In this document: positions 13,274-25,813 of the stretch, one piece after another
How the letters are laid out: every line of letters begins with the position of its first letter
Numbering within the stretch: position 1 is the stretch's first letter
Source: Leucoraja erinacea
Lineage: Eukaryota
DNA length: 64,000 nt
Reading direction: 5' to 3'
Assembly (NCBI RefSeq): GCF_028641065.1
Contig: NC_073394.1
Coordinates: 16,616,001 to 16,680,000, forward strand
The notes under the pieces: model-generated
Told to the model about the DNA's origin: nothing
What the model saw: the letters and a program-made list of their open reading frames with translations, nothing else
Databases searched by the model: none
Position numbers and translations under genes: made by a program

Positions 13274-13405
13274 CTAACATGTTTCTAAATTGATAATTCC
13301 CAAGATGTAGCAGAGCTTGTTTTGTCCCAGCACCCACCATCACAGAAGTACCATAGGGGGGTTCAAGAAACTTCACTTCCCAATAATGCTCTCCATGGAT
13401 GAAAC
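13274..13405 (-). CDS. SPSB3-like coding exon 2 (SPRY)
   Basis: GFIHGEHYWEVKFLEPPYGTSVMVGAGT...NMLG; AG 13407-13406, gtgagt donor from 13273; 132 nt, phase 1-1. Confidence 0.92.
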
Positions 13406-13484
13406 CTATAGAAACAACATCATGATGAAGTAAAAGGAGCATTTAATCATTTTAGTCACTATTGACCATTGTATTAAACATACA

Positions 13485-13830
13485 TAGGGTGGATGTGGAG
13501 AGGATGTTTCCAGTAGTGGGAGAGTCTAGGACCAGAGGGCACAGCCTTAGAATAAAAATGTTCCTTTAGAATGGAGATAATGAATTTCTTTAGCCAGGGA
13601 GTGGTGAATTTGTGGAATTCATTGCCACAGATGGATATGTCGGCTCAATCATTGTGTATTTTTAAAACTGAGATTGATAGGTGCTTGATCAGTAAGGGCT
13701 TCAAAGGTTATGCGGAGAAGGCAGAAGAATGGGGTGAAGAGGGGAAAATAGATCAGCCATGATTGAATGGCGGAGCAAACTCAATGGGCCAAATAGCCTG
13801 ATTCTGGTCCTATGTCTTATGATCTAATGG
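13485..13830 (+). mobile_element. CR1 LINE 3' fragment
   Basis: FFSQGVVNLWNSLPQ peptide and CR1 3' UTR. Confidence 0.85.
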
Positions 13831-14167
13831 TACACTTCCACACAATGTGCAAAATTCTATGTCAATTAAAAAAAAGCTGTCGATGCTGAAAATCTGAAAT
13901 AGAAACATAAAATTTGAGAAACCTGCAGCTGATTAGGCAGCAACTGCGGGAACAAAATTCGGGAAATGTGTATATCCCTCAATGTGTGGTTTCAATTGAC
14001 CATTAATAATCTGCTTTAAAACATGTCAACATCGCTCTTGCAACAGGAAAGCAAGACTTTAAAGAAAGGAATGCTATTCGTTCGTGGTTTTCTATATTTG
14101 GTTTTGGAGGATACAATTACTGCAAAATTGGAAGGCCGGCTGGACAGAGAAAACAGAATATAAAATG

Positions 14168-14391
14168 TGCAGGAAGGAACTGCAGATGCTGGTTTACATC
14201 GAAGATGGACCCAAATTGCTGGAGTTGCGCAGTGGATCAGACAGCATCTCTGGAGAAATGGAATGGGTGTGTTTCGGGTCGAGACACTTCTTTAGTCTCA
14301 AGGAAGGGTTCGACCCGAATCATCACCTATTCCTTTCCTCCAGATATCCTGCCTGACCTGGTGAGGTACTCCAGCTTTTAGTGCCTATCTT
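14168..14391. mobile_element. Inverted pair of Penelope-derived units inserted as one event
   Basis: Minus unit then plus unit meeting at the hammerhead core; 14-bp TSD cagaatataaaatg at 14154-14167 and 14392-14405. Confidence 0.75.
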
Positions 14392-15155
14392 CAGAATATA
14401 AAATGGACCAGGCCTGCTGGAAAAAATGATGGTTACAATGACTGGAGAGAATTAATAATAATTAATGAACAAATAATCTGACAAACATTATTTGTGAGAA
14501 CATTGACATAAGGTCAGCACATGGAATATGATGAATAAGGATGTTTAACAATGTTAACTGAGTCAGAAAAGAAATGTTATCCAAGGTCAACACTTACGTA
14601 ATATTTCTAAATTACCCTGGGAAGGTGAGACAGCCAATTATTTGCATTGAATTCACCTGGTGGCGTGTTTTTTTATGTTTTAATTTTTAAGTTACGTTTT
14701 AAGACAAATGTGACTGAATTCCTAATCAATGGTGATTGCTCGCTGGTTGAACAACCAAATTTCAGAATAACTAGAGGGGCTTTTTTTTCCCCTGGATGAG
14801 AAAGTGATTTCTATACAACCTCCTGATGCCTTTTTGAATTTTTACATATACAGTACCAACTATTGATTTTTTTTCCATTTTAATTAAAGGAAAATGATGG
14901 TATTTAACTCTAACCCTTACGATCATGTCCATAAAAAAACCAAATCTGTTTCACATACTGGAAAGGTTTGCTGTAGCAAGTGGAATTTGAAAGGCACTGG
15001 ATGGCTCCAGATTTAGGAAGAGGGCCCTAGAGTTAGGGAGTTGATCACCATTGATGTTCTAGATGTGTTAAATGAAACACCTTATAGTGTACATGAAATA
15101 AAGCTTCATTTAGTCTTGTGTTAATTTGGACCAAAGAACAAAAATATGAAGTCAC

Positions 15156-15333
15156 CTTTGGTTCCTCTCACTCCAGCTGTACCTTCACTTTGCACGATGG
15201 GATCAATATGGAAGTAAACAGCTCTCCGACAAGGAGAAAGTTGCACTGCTGGTGACTTGGCATGAACGTCCCATACCCAATGTTCCTCAACAAAACCACT
15301 TGTGATGGACTGAGGTAAACAGGGAAACTGCAT
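15156..15333 (-). CDS. SPSB3-like SPRY-SOCS box gene, first coding exon
   Basis: MQFPCLPQ...EEHWVWDVHAKSPAVQLSPCRRAVYFHIDP...GTAGVRGTK resembles SPSB3 (WVWD...GTAAIRGTK); acceptor ccattag at 15342-15341; gtgact donor from 15155, phase 1. Confidence 0.85.
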
Positions 15334-15689
15334 TGTCAATCTAATGGCATAACCAGAAACAGATTATAATAAGGATCTATTTTTACCATCAATTAAGAAA
15401 TATCTTCATTCAAAGGTAATCTTTGGTTTAAAATATCTCCATAAATTTGCCCCATTCTATAAATACGTCAGGTTCCATAACTCTTGTAAAATTGATGCAC
15501 TTCAAATTCTGGCCTCTTTAGTTTCTTTGAATATTAATGATTGATTGCTGTACCATGAGTTGTCAAAGTCCTAAACTCAGTTTACAGTTCTGTTGTCTCT
15601 CTATCTCTCTTCTTTAAGACGCACCTTAAAACTTACCTTTGGCCAAATTTTTGATCACTTCCCTCTTATATCTCACCTCTTACTGTCAA

Positions 15690-16168
15690 CTGGGGATTAT
15701 CATCTACTGGAAGCTGAGCTAGATTAGCCATATTCACATTGTGACCACAAAAACAACGATGAATCCAGCCATGAGTAACTAACCTCCAAGCTCACGTAGC
15801 CTGTCCACCATCTGCAAGGCTCATGTCAAGAGAGTGATAGAATAACCCCCCACTTGCCAGGATGAGTGCAGCTTCAAGAGAAGTCAAGAAACTCGACTCC
15901 ATACAGGGCACAGCAACTCATTTGATAAATATTCCATTTACAACCATTCACTCACCCCACCACCAATGCACAGTGGCAGCAGTTTGTACCAACTACAGGA
16001 TGTATTGCAGCAACACACCCAGTCTCCTTAGACAGCATCTTCCAAACCCATTACCTTTACAGGAAAGAAGGACAGAGCAGCAAATGCAGCGGAACACCAA
16101 CACCTAGAAGTTTCCCTCCAAGCAATGTATATTCTAATAGGGAAATATATCACAATTCCTTTACTGTC
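15690..16168 (+). mobile_element. Old CR1/L2-group LINE RT C-terminal fragment
   Basis: MSAASREVKKLDSIQGTATHLI...HSPHHQCTVAAVCTNYRMYC resembles LINE ORF2 C-termini; decayed. Confidence 0.6.
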
Positions 16169-16990
16169 ATAGAACATGGAACAGTACAGCACAGGACTAA
16201 AACTTCGACCCTCAATGTTCGTGCCGAACATGATGCCAAGTTAAACTGATCTCATCTACCCGCACATGACCCATATCCCTCAATTCCCTGCATTTCTATG
16301 TGCCTATGTAAAGCCTCTTAAACGCCACGATCATATCTGTCTCCCCCACCACCCTCGGCAATGCATTCCGGGGCCCCACTACTCTCTGTGTAAAAACTTT
16401 GGCCAGCACATCGCCATTAAACTTTCCCCCTTCGCTAATAGTTATGCCCTCTATTTAGTTTAGTTCAGAGATACAGTGTGGAAACAGGACCTTCAGCCCA
16501 CTAAGACCAGCAATCCCCATACACTAGCACTATCCTACACACGAGGGATAATTTACAGTCTTTACCAAAGCCAATTAACCTACAAGCTTGTACATCTTTG
16601 GGAGGAAACCAGAGCACCCGGAGTAAACCTACGTAGTCCCAGGAAGAAAGTACAAACTCTGTACAGACAACAATCATAGTCAGGATCAAACCCAGGTTTG
16701 CGGGACTGTAAGGCAGCAGCTCTACCGCTGCACCACCATGCCACCCACTAGTGTTCGAAATCTCCATCCTGAGAACAAGGTTTTGACTGTCTACCCTATC
16801 TATGCCTCTCATAAATTTATATCCTTCTATCGTCTATTCAACTTCTATTATGGGGAGAAGGCAGGCACGGGTTATTGATTGGGGACGATCAGCCATGATC
16901 GCAATGAATGGGGGTGCTGGCTCGAACGGCCGAATGGCCTCCTCATGCACCTATTTTCTATGTTTAAGTCTCTCCTCAACCTCCAACAAA
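16168..16990 (-). mobile_element. CR1 fragment interrupted by an HE1-like SINE (about 16455-16745) and a further CR1 tail
   Basis: MRGIDRVDSQNL peptide; SINE head ggtggcatggtggtgcagcggtagagctgctgccttacag on minus. Confidence 0.75.
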
Positions 16991-17865
16991 ATCCTGGGAC
17001 AAAATCTTGGAACGGCCTCTCTAACAGCTTTATGAGTGTGTGCACACCTCAAAGACTGCAATGGTTCATGAAGGCAACTCATTCTCAAGGGCAACCAAAG
17101 CTGCAAAATTAAATGTTGGCTCAGTGTGTGAAGCCCAGATCCTTTAAATGAATAAAGCGGGATGTTCAGCTTAACTTTATTTGTTCACTATCCTGTGAAA
17201 TGCCATGGGATGTTTTCATTATACTGAAGGTGCTTTATTATTGATGTTGCCATTCCAAGTTACCCAGAAGTAGCCACACAGTGCAGAACAGATGTTAGAA
17301 TGTTGTATTGAGATGGCCTGGCCAGTCCCTCCCTTAACAAATTTGAGTGAAAGATTGTTGCTTAACCAACATTCCAGGCATCTCTACTGATATTTTATCT
17401 GTTGCTAGTCAACATATGATTAGACATAATTAATTTCACAATTTACCATGATGAAATTGGAAATTATGGTGTCTGAACTACAAAGGCTAGGGATAATATA
17501 ATTTGATACTATAGTTTGTTGGAAAACTTTAACTTTTCTAGAGCTTGGTATGAAGAAATTAGAAAATCTCTCAATCTTCACAAATAATAAATACAAATCT
17601 ACAAGAAGTTTACACGCTCAAATTGCTCTTGGATGACCAATAAATAACAGAAAATATCTGTGATCAGTTTACAAAATGTGGGATACTGATTCCCTATTTA
17701 GCATTCACAGACCATTTTTCTTAAAAATACAAGGATTTGGGGTTGTGAACCAGTATACAAAGAAATAGTGTTCTTTCATTTTTTCTTGAATTACTGACAA
17801 AGCCCTCCCACATTTCACCCAAGGTTTGTTCAGTTGGTAGGTTTTGAAGAATGGCACATTCTCAC

Positions 17866-17961
17866 CTGCAACTCTTCTATATAATGAATACCAGATGATA
17901 TACTGAAGGAAAATACACATGATTCTTTCTCCATCCTCTCCCAAAGATAATAACAGGAATT
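17866..17961 (-). other. Candidate upstream exon of the SPSB3-like gene
   Basis: Strong splice signals (ttgttattttag acceptor, cag|gtgaga donor) around 96 nt, same strand, about 2.5 kb upstream of the first coding exon; no transcript evidence. Confidence 0.35.
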
Positions 17962-19371
17962 CTAAAATAACAATCAGAACTCTGTCTGAGATCAGATCAC
18001 TGAACAGTAATAGGATTGATCCATAATCCTCCTTGAACTAAATAATTAAATTCTGCACTTCTCGATGAACTGATGATTATTTGCTTCAGTTTTAAGATTG
18101 TTGGAAGTGACGTGCCATACAGCAGTGAGGAAGATTGAGAGGAATGTGGGACCAAGCAAGTATTTGCTTGTTCCCAGCTTGTGGCGGGATTGGGTCTGTA
18201 CTGGATCTGTTGATTAGGATTAAAGTTTGCATGTCAAATGAGGAAATGGAACCCATTTCTGAGAATTGGCAAAGGTGATTCCTCTCAGGTGACAAAGCCA
18301 AAAGGTTTTATGAGTTCATAAAAAGGCTGTATACAGTGGGTGATGCTTCTCTTATCATTTTGATCTGGATTTGTTGCATAGTGAACATTATTCCCATTGT
18401 GCTTTTTGATGGGGGGGGAATCCACAGACAGCAACAAAGCAATGGTGCTCTCTGCGGACCTTAAAGAAAGCTGCCTTTCCAGCATTCCCTCTGGCTGCAG
18501 TCTTTACACCTTCAGCTGCTCCTATAGATCTCCCAAGTCTTGCAGCCTTTAAGTCATCAGGCTTGATGACAACAATCTTATTCACACAAGCACCAAACCA
18601 GGAAGGGTAAACTATAAACTTTAACTCATACGTTAAACATTTTTGATCACTAACTAATATGTGAGGCAGACTTTTAAGACTGAAATTAAAGTATCATGAA
18701 AAATTTTGTTAAAGATAAAAATATATACTTTTTGTATTCCCAAATATTTTGAAATATTTGTGGATGAATATTGGATGCAATTTTAAGTAGGCCTTATTGA
18801 GAGCATTGAGTGCAATTCTAGGCACCAAATTACCAAAAGGATGAGAGGGTTCAGAGGAGATTTTCAAAGATGTTGCCAAGCATGTAAACGTTTAATTAAG
18901 AGTGGAGACTGGTTAGGTTTGTGTTATGTTATTTAGAGTCAATCAAAATGCTTTTCTATGAGGTCTGGAAGACCAGAATCGAAAAGACCATTTTCCTTAG
19001 CATAGGCTAATATGCAAGATATATTTAAGGTAATAGGCATGAGAATTAGACGACAGTTAAGGTAGTTAGAGGAGAGTAAATAAACACCCATTCCTTCTAT
19101 ACAGAGATGCTGCCTGTCCCACTGAGTTACTCCAGCATTTTGTGTCTATCTTTGGTGTAAACCAGCATCTGCAGTTCCTTCCTACCCTAAACCCAATGCC
19201 CATTGGTGAAACCTCCTTTATATAAGCAACCACCTGGATTAATATTTGATGCGCTATAACCTACAAAGCTAAATACCCAAAAAACAGACACCTTCCTGCC
19301 CATTGAAATTCAGTATTTTATTCTCTACATTTTGTATCAATTCAATACAAAATGTAGACAAATGTAGTAGG

Positions 19372-19685
19372 AGCATCATAGTGGCACAGCTGGTAGAGCT
19401 ACTGCCCCTACGTGCCAGAGACCAGGGTTCAATCCAGACCTCGGATGCTGTCTGTGTGCAGTTTGCACAATCTCCCTGTGACCATGTGAGTTTCTACCAG
19501 GTGCTTCCACACCCTAAAGACGCGCAGGTTGGTAGGTTAATTGGCTTCTGTAAATGGCCCCTGGTGTGTAGGGAGTGGATGCAAAAGTGGGATTAAACAG
19601 AATGAGTGTGAATGGGTGATCGATGGCCGGTGTGGACTCAGTGGCTGAAGGGTCAGTTTCCATACTGCATCTCTAAACTAAAACT
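19372..19685 (+). mobile_element. HE1/V-SINE-like SINE, near full length
   Basis: tRNA head, V-domain and ctaaactaaaa tail. Confidence 0.85.
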
Positions 19686-19757
19686 AAGAAATTGAGGGAT
19701 CCTCAAGTGTTCATATCTACAGATAGGTGAAGACAGCAGGGCATGTGGGTCAGGGGT

Positions 19758-20405
19758 TACATAGAAACATAGAAAATAGGTGCAGGAGTAGGCCATTCGG
19801 CCCTTCGAGCCTGCACCGCCATTCGATATGATCATGGCTGATCATCCAACTCAGTGTCCCATCCCTGCCCTCGCTCCATAGCCCCTGATCCCTTTAGCCA
19901 CAAGGGCCACATCTAACTTACTCTTAAATATAGCGAATGAACTGGCCTCAACTACCTTCTGTGGCAGAGAATTCCACAGATTCACCACTCTCTGTGTAAA
20001 AATGATTTTCTCATCTCGGTCCTAAAAGACTTCCCTCTTATCCTTAAACTGTGACCCCTAGTTCTGGACTTCCCCAACATCGGGAATAATCTTCCTGCAT
20101 CTAGCCTGTCCAACCCCTTAAGAATTTTGTAAGTTTCTATAAGATCCCCCCTCAATCTTCTAAATTCTAGCGAGTACAAGCTAAGTCTATCCAGTCTTTC
20201 TTCATATGAAAGTCCTGCCATCCCAGGAATCAGTCTGGTGAACCTTCTCTGTACTCCCTCTATGGCAAGAATGCCTTTCCTCAGATTAGGAGACCAAAAC
20301 TGTACGCAATACTCCAGGTGTGGTCTCACCAAGACCCTGTACATCTGCAGTACAACCTCCCTGCTCTTATACTCAAATCCTTTTGCTATGAATGCTAACA
20401 TACCA
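19758..20405 (-). mobile_element. Young CR1 LINE 3' fragment
   Basis: ORF 19982-20500 YRVLVRPHLEYCVQFWSP...; catagaaa tail. Confidence 0.92.
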
Positions 20406-20917
20406 TCACACAAAGGGACACAACCATAAAGGGTTAGGATTGTACATGAAAAAGCTGCCTTAATTAGTTGCAGCAAAGAATACCACAGCATAGAGTTCAT
20501 GTCAGATCTACATTAAGCATCAATGGGACACTGCTAGAGTATTGTGTACAGTTCTGGTCATCACACAAAGGGATACCACCCTAAAGGGTATGGAGGAGAT
20601 GATGTTTTCAGCCCTGGAGCAATAATGATTGTAGGTTGAGGCTGTTTTCTATGGAACAGCACAGGCTAAGAAGAGATTTAACTGCAAATAAAGTTATGAA
20701 ATGTGTACACAATTATGTACACAAGAAGAATGACCAGTTTGGCTTAGGAAGAGCGTGATAACAAGGAGCCAAATAATTAAATTAGATGAATTACAAAGAG
20801 CTGGGGGAAATAATTTCATTAATGGAGGACATTCTCTAACTGCTGTCTGTAACTCGAGGCAAAACCCGTCACCCAAAAAGCACTTTATCCCATGAGACTG
20901 TGAAACCATGAGCCATT

Positions 20918-21034
20918 CCGGTGGGCGGCGCGACTCTGGTCAGTAGCGGCCTCTGCAGTCTGTCCGCGTTTTATTATTTTCTGTCTGTGTTTTTATGTAG
21001 TTTTTTGTTATTTTTTGTTGGGGTGTGTGTGTGT

Positions 21035-21065
<31 letters not shown>

Positions 21066-21790
21066 GGGGGGGGGGGGGGGAAACTTTTTAAATCTCTCCC
21101 TGCACGGGAGACCCGACCTTTTCTCGTCGGGTTTCCGTTGTCGTTGGGGCCGCAACGAGGAGCGGCCTCCAACAGGAAGAGACCGGGGACTCTGGTGCTA
21201 CGACTCACCGTCGCCGTCGCGGGGCTGGCCGAGTCCGGAGCGGGTGGAGCGGTGGAGGAGCTGCTGCTGCTGCTGCTGCTGCGGCCCGACCGGAGAGTCG
21301 GAGGCTCCAACGGCAGGTCTGTGGACGGCGGCACCGGGAGCCCGCGGCTCCCTGGAGGGAGACCGCTTTTCAGGGCTCTCGCAACGGCGACTTCCCCCGC
21401 CCGAGTTGCGGGGTCGAAGAGCTCCTGGAGCGGGGCCTACATCACTGCCCCGCGTGGCTTGGAATGGCCGCGGGACTCTGCGAGCGCACACCGGGGGCTC
21501 TAACACCAAGACCCGGTGTGCGACCTCGCACCACCCGGCGTGGCTTTAATGGCCGCGGGACAATCGCCATCGCCAGCCGGGGGCTTTGACTTTGACATGG
21601 GGGGGGGGGAGTGCAGTGGAGAGATAAGTTTATTTGGCCTTCCATCACAGCGATGTGATGGATGTTTATGTAAATTATGTTGTGTCTTGGGTCTATGTGT
21701 TTGTAATGTATGGCTGCAGAAACGGCATTTCGTTTGGACCTCGAGGGGTCCAAATGACAATTAAATGCATCTTGTATCTTGTATCTTGTA
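20918..21790 (+). mobile_element. GC/CpG-rich non-autonomous retroposon with Rex1/Babar-like 3' tail
   Basis: Sharp composition boundaries; poly-G 21035-21080; (CTG)n; 3' hairpin tttggacc/ggtccaaa, then tgacaattaaa and (TCTTGTA)n; appears to interrupt an old CR1. Confidence 0.65.
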
Positions 21791-22299
21791 TTAATGCAAA
21801 ACCTGCACAGAAAAGGTTAAAAAAACGCTTTCTGCACCATTAATTTAAATGATTTTGCAATTCAAACCCACGACCTTCAGAGTTACGACTGTGACCTGTA
21901 CTTGCCGTAGGAAAGTTCCTGAAATCATTTGGGCAATAATTCCTGACTGGCACAAGTCCAGGAACCACAGTAAACGACACGAGGACGTAGAGCAGGGAGA
22001 ATGCCGAGGATATCTGCACGTAACCGAAGATGGTGGTTATCTGCCAGAGGTGACACAGAGTTGGGTGGGAAATATGCAGTTGTATATCTACATGAAAGGG
22101 TGGCTGGGAGGATTAGAGTCTTGTGGTGTCTTGTAGATACATGGAACTGCACATGGTGGTTTCCCGTGCTCCCGAGATGTGGTCAGCGTTTGCATCACGG
22201 GTCTGTGGAAATTATTAGAGCGTGGCTGGAAACAACAACTAGACTATTAACTGCGAGATCTGATTCACTTGCAATTACCCATTCCTCTCTAACCTACTG

Positions 22300-22570
22300 C
22301 ACTTACCCACACCTCTCCTTTCATTTCCCACACTTACCCACACCTCTCGCTTTAACCCCTCTCCAGTCTGATCGTTCTTTACTAGAAGTGGAAGGAGTTG
22401 TAAACACGCGGCTCTGGCTAACTGGCTCAGCTCCCTCGGTCATTGGCTGGGGTCAGTAACTAAACCCGCCTTTAAATTTAACATCTCCTTATCGTAGGGT
22501 GTTGTTTGTTAGCGGACGGCGAGGGTAGTGCAATACGCTTGGCTGCGGGTCTCACTCCGGGCTGAGCACA
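22300..22570 (-). promoter_or_regulatory. Candidate promoter and non-coding exon 1 of the SPSB3-like gene
   Basis: CpG-enriched non-repeat block; CCAAT box on minus (attgg near 22442); consensus donors tgg|gtaagtg with GT at 22337 and 22306. Confidence 0.45.
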
Positions 22571-23374
22571 TCGCGTCTGAAGAAGGGTCTCAACCCGAAA
22601 TGTTACCTATCCCTTTTTCTCCAAAAGATACTGCCTGGTCAACCATGATCATATTGAATGGCGGTGCTGGCTCGAAGTGCCGAATGGCTGACTCCTGCAC
22701 CTATGTGTCTATGCTGCCTACAGTAACACGTCAGAACAGTGACAAAGTGCGTAACTCAACCTGCCAGGCAGCTCCTGGGGAACATAGAGGTGACCTTTAG
22801 ACGGCTCAAGTCAGGAATGTATGATGTCAATTTTCGCTGAGTAACACGTCAGAAGCTCAGGGGGAAATGACAAAGTGCTGGAGTCAAACCTGCCAGGCTC
22901 CCAACTTTTTGTTTCTACATCAATCGCTGAGCCTGTCAGTGTGTTTAATCTCTGTCCCACGCAGGCTGGTGGTGTTGCATTCCTCAATGCTTACCATTCC
23001 TTAGAATTAAATATTGTAGCTTAGAGTTGTGCATTGCAAGATTAAAGACTCTTAAAAGTTCTTGTTTCAATGTGGCGGTTCACGATTCAATACAATTTGA
23101 AACTGAACTGGAGTAGCCATCTACATTATGTGGCTACAGTAGCACGTCAGAAGCTCAGGGGGGAAATGACAAAGTGCTGGAGTAACTCAACCTGCCAGGC
23201 AGTATCCCTGGAGAACATAGATAGGTGACCTTTAGAAGGCTCAAGTCATGAATGTGTTGAAATATTCTCCACGTGCCTGCATGTGTGCAATTTCAACTTA
23301 AGAAGCTCCACATAGCAACCTACAGTATTATAGAGGCAACCCATCCGCAACCATTCACTTAACCCACTACTACC

Positions 23375-24000
23375 ATACCCCTCCAAACCTATCCTATCCA
23401 TGTACCAGTCCAAATGTATTTTAAATGTTGTTATAGTACCTATATCAACTACCTCCTCTGGCATCTCGTTTCATACAGTATACCCACCACCCTGTGTGTG
23501 AAAAAGCTGCCCCTCAGGGTCCTATTAAATCTTTCCCCTCTCATCTTAAACCTGTGTCCTCTGGTTCTTGATTACCGTACTCTGAGTAAAAGACTGTGCA
23601 TTCACCCTATCTATCCCCCTCATTACGTTATATACCTCTATAAGATTACCTCTCAGCCTCCTGCGCTCCAAGGAATTAAGTCCAAGCCTGCGTAATCTCG
23701 CCCTATGGCTAAGGCCCTTAAGTTCTGGCAGCATCCTTATGAATCTTCTCTATGCTCTTTCTTGCTTAACATGACCCTTCCTATAGCAGGGTGACCAAAA
23801 ATGAACACAATACTCCAAATGTGGCCTCAACAATGTTTTGTACTAAGTAACATAACATCCCAACTTCTATACTCAATACCTTGACTGGTGAAAGCTCATG
23901 TAGCAAAAGTCTTCTTGACCACCCTATCTATCTATGAAGCCACTCTCAAGAAATTATGTACCTTCAATCCTAAATCCCCCTGCTTCACAACACCCCACAG
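23375..24000 (-). mobile_element. CR1 LINE fragment
   Basis: LPELKGLSHRARLRRLGLNSLERRRLRGNLIEVYNVMRGIDRV peptide. Confidence 0.85.
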
Positions 24001-25813
24001 CCATAATTATATTCCTTCATGCCAATTCTGATTAAAGGTCCCTAATCTGAACTGGTAAATGTTTTCCTTGTTCACAAATGCTACCTGACATTGAATATTT
24101 TCACTATATTCTGTTTTATTCCATAATTTGTCCCGATTTCCATTGACTTCAGGTTTACTGTTGGTTTTCCTCACAAAATTACCAACTAAAGAGCAACCAT
24201 TTGTGACCATTTATCAGCTTTAAGTAGCAGTTTTGTTTACTTTCTGGGGGAATTGGCTCCTTGGTAATTTTGCTAAGTAAACATGCGATTAAATGAAAAT
24301 ATGATTGATTCATTTGCGTTATATTGGATCAACAAACAAGTTGTTGAAGGAATTCAGCAGCATCTGTGGGGTGATATTTATATCTACACTCCTCCCCCCC
24401 CCCCCCCCCAACAATTGCTGCTCAAACATTGTTCCTCCAGCAGATTACTTCATGCCCACATTTGTAGTATTTTATTGTCTCAATTTTAATTCTGTTGTGA
24501 ATAGGGTGATATGTTTTTTCAACTATTTCAATGTCTTGTTCCCCCATTTATAATCCCGATTGATACAATATTAATTACATTCTGCTTTCCTTTTTATAAT
24601 GATGAGTGGCAATTTTCAACCATAGTTTTAATGAATCACAAATGCTAAAAACATAAATTATATACAACCCAACACAAATTTATTCTATTTGACTGTGATT
24701 GTGTTTTCATAAATCAAAATCTGCATGCAACTCCTTAAATAAACAACATTACTTAAATTGATGCAAATAAAATAAACAATTAACAGAAGTTAAGGTTACA
24801 GGTAAAATGATAGAAGTATATGAGTAAAGTTGCAAAATAAAAGAAAAACATATTAAAGCCCATTTGTTCCCTGAATAGGGGATAGAACATGTTTGTAGTG
24901 TTAGTTGTAAATAAGTCCACATATAGCAGGAACATTGAAAATAAGCATAAATACATTTTCAAAATTATTAAGTATTGCATGAATATGCCATGCTGTGTTA
25001 TTTTTCAAGATAGCATTATGGCAAGAAAAACTGCATGTGCTTAAACAGCTGTTCCAATGCAGTGTGCCACAAGGTTTTGAAATGTGGGTCCAAACGCACA
25101 GCTTCCTTAATTGCTGAATTAAGGAAGGTCAGAAAGGGCAATCAGTCCACACACTTGAAAGAAGGAAATGTGAAATTCACGTCATATTGTGAATGTTGAT
25201 TCCTAAAAATGGTTTCTCTACTTTTGAGGCACCAAATGAGTATTAAATATATCCTGGAAGTTAACAGGTAGAATCAAGGAACTGCAGATGCTGGTTTATA
25301 TAAAGGACACAAAGTGGTGGAGTAACTCAGCGGTCAGGCAGCATCTCAGGAGAGCATGGATAGGTACATTTGGGGTCAGAACCCTTCATGCCTTTTTAAT
25401 CTTATTTCAATTCTACCTTTGGAAGTTAATAATTAAAAATACTACTTTAAATCCGTCTGAAGAAGGGTCCTGAACTAAAACTCCACCCATCTATGTTCTC
25501 CAGATATGTTGCCTGACCCGGTGAGTTACTCCAGCACTTTGTCTTCTGGAAGTTAATAACACCAGCTAGTATTTGTAATCACCAAAATGCATAAACCTCA
25601 ATGCAACTATTGATACTGAAGATATATCATTGATACTAAAGAATATAATTGATGAGTTAGTTTCTTCATTTAAAAAAAATCTTCTTACAATGATATGGCT
25701 TCTAAACTTGGATGTCAACAATGAAAAGTACTATTCTAAATCACGATTACAAATACCATTTGTCAGAAAAGACAATTATTAATATTTAGATTGTGTCCAT
25801 TTGAAATTCCAGC

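Noticed and set aside
17705-18585. Chain of short minus-strand ORFs as a pseudogene or recombinase relic
   Set aside because: I could not recognise any family motif in the frames I translated; needs a translated search
20940-21843. Many overlapping 70-170 aa ORFs
   Set aside because: Low-complexity products of a GC-rich repeat; no domain or splice support
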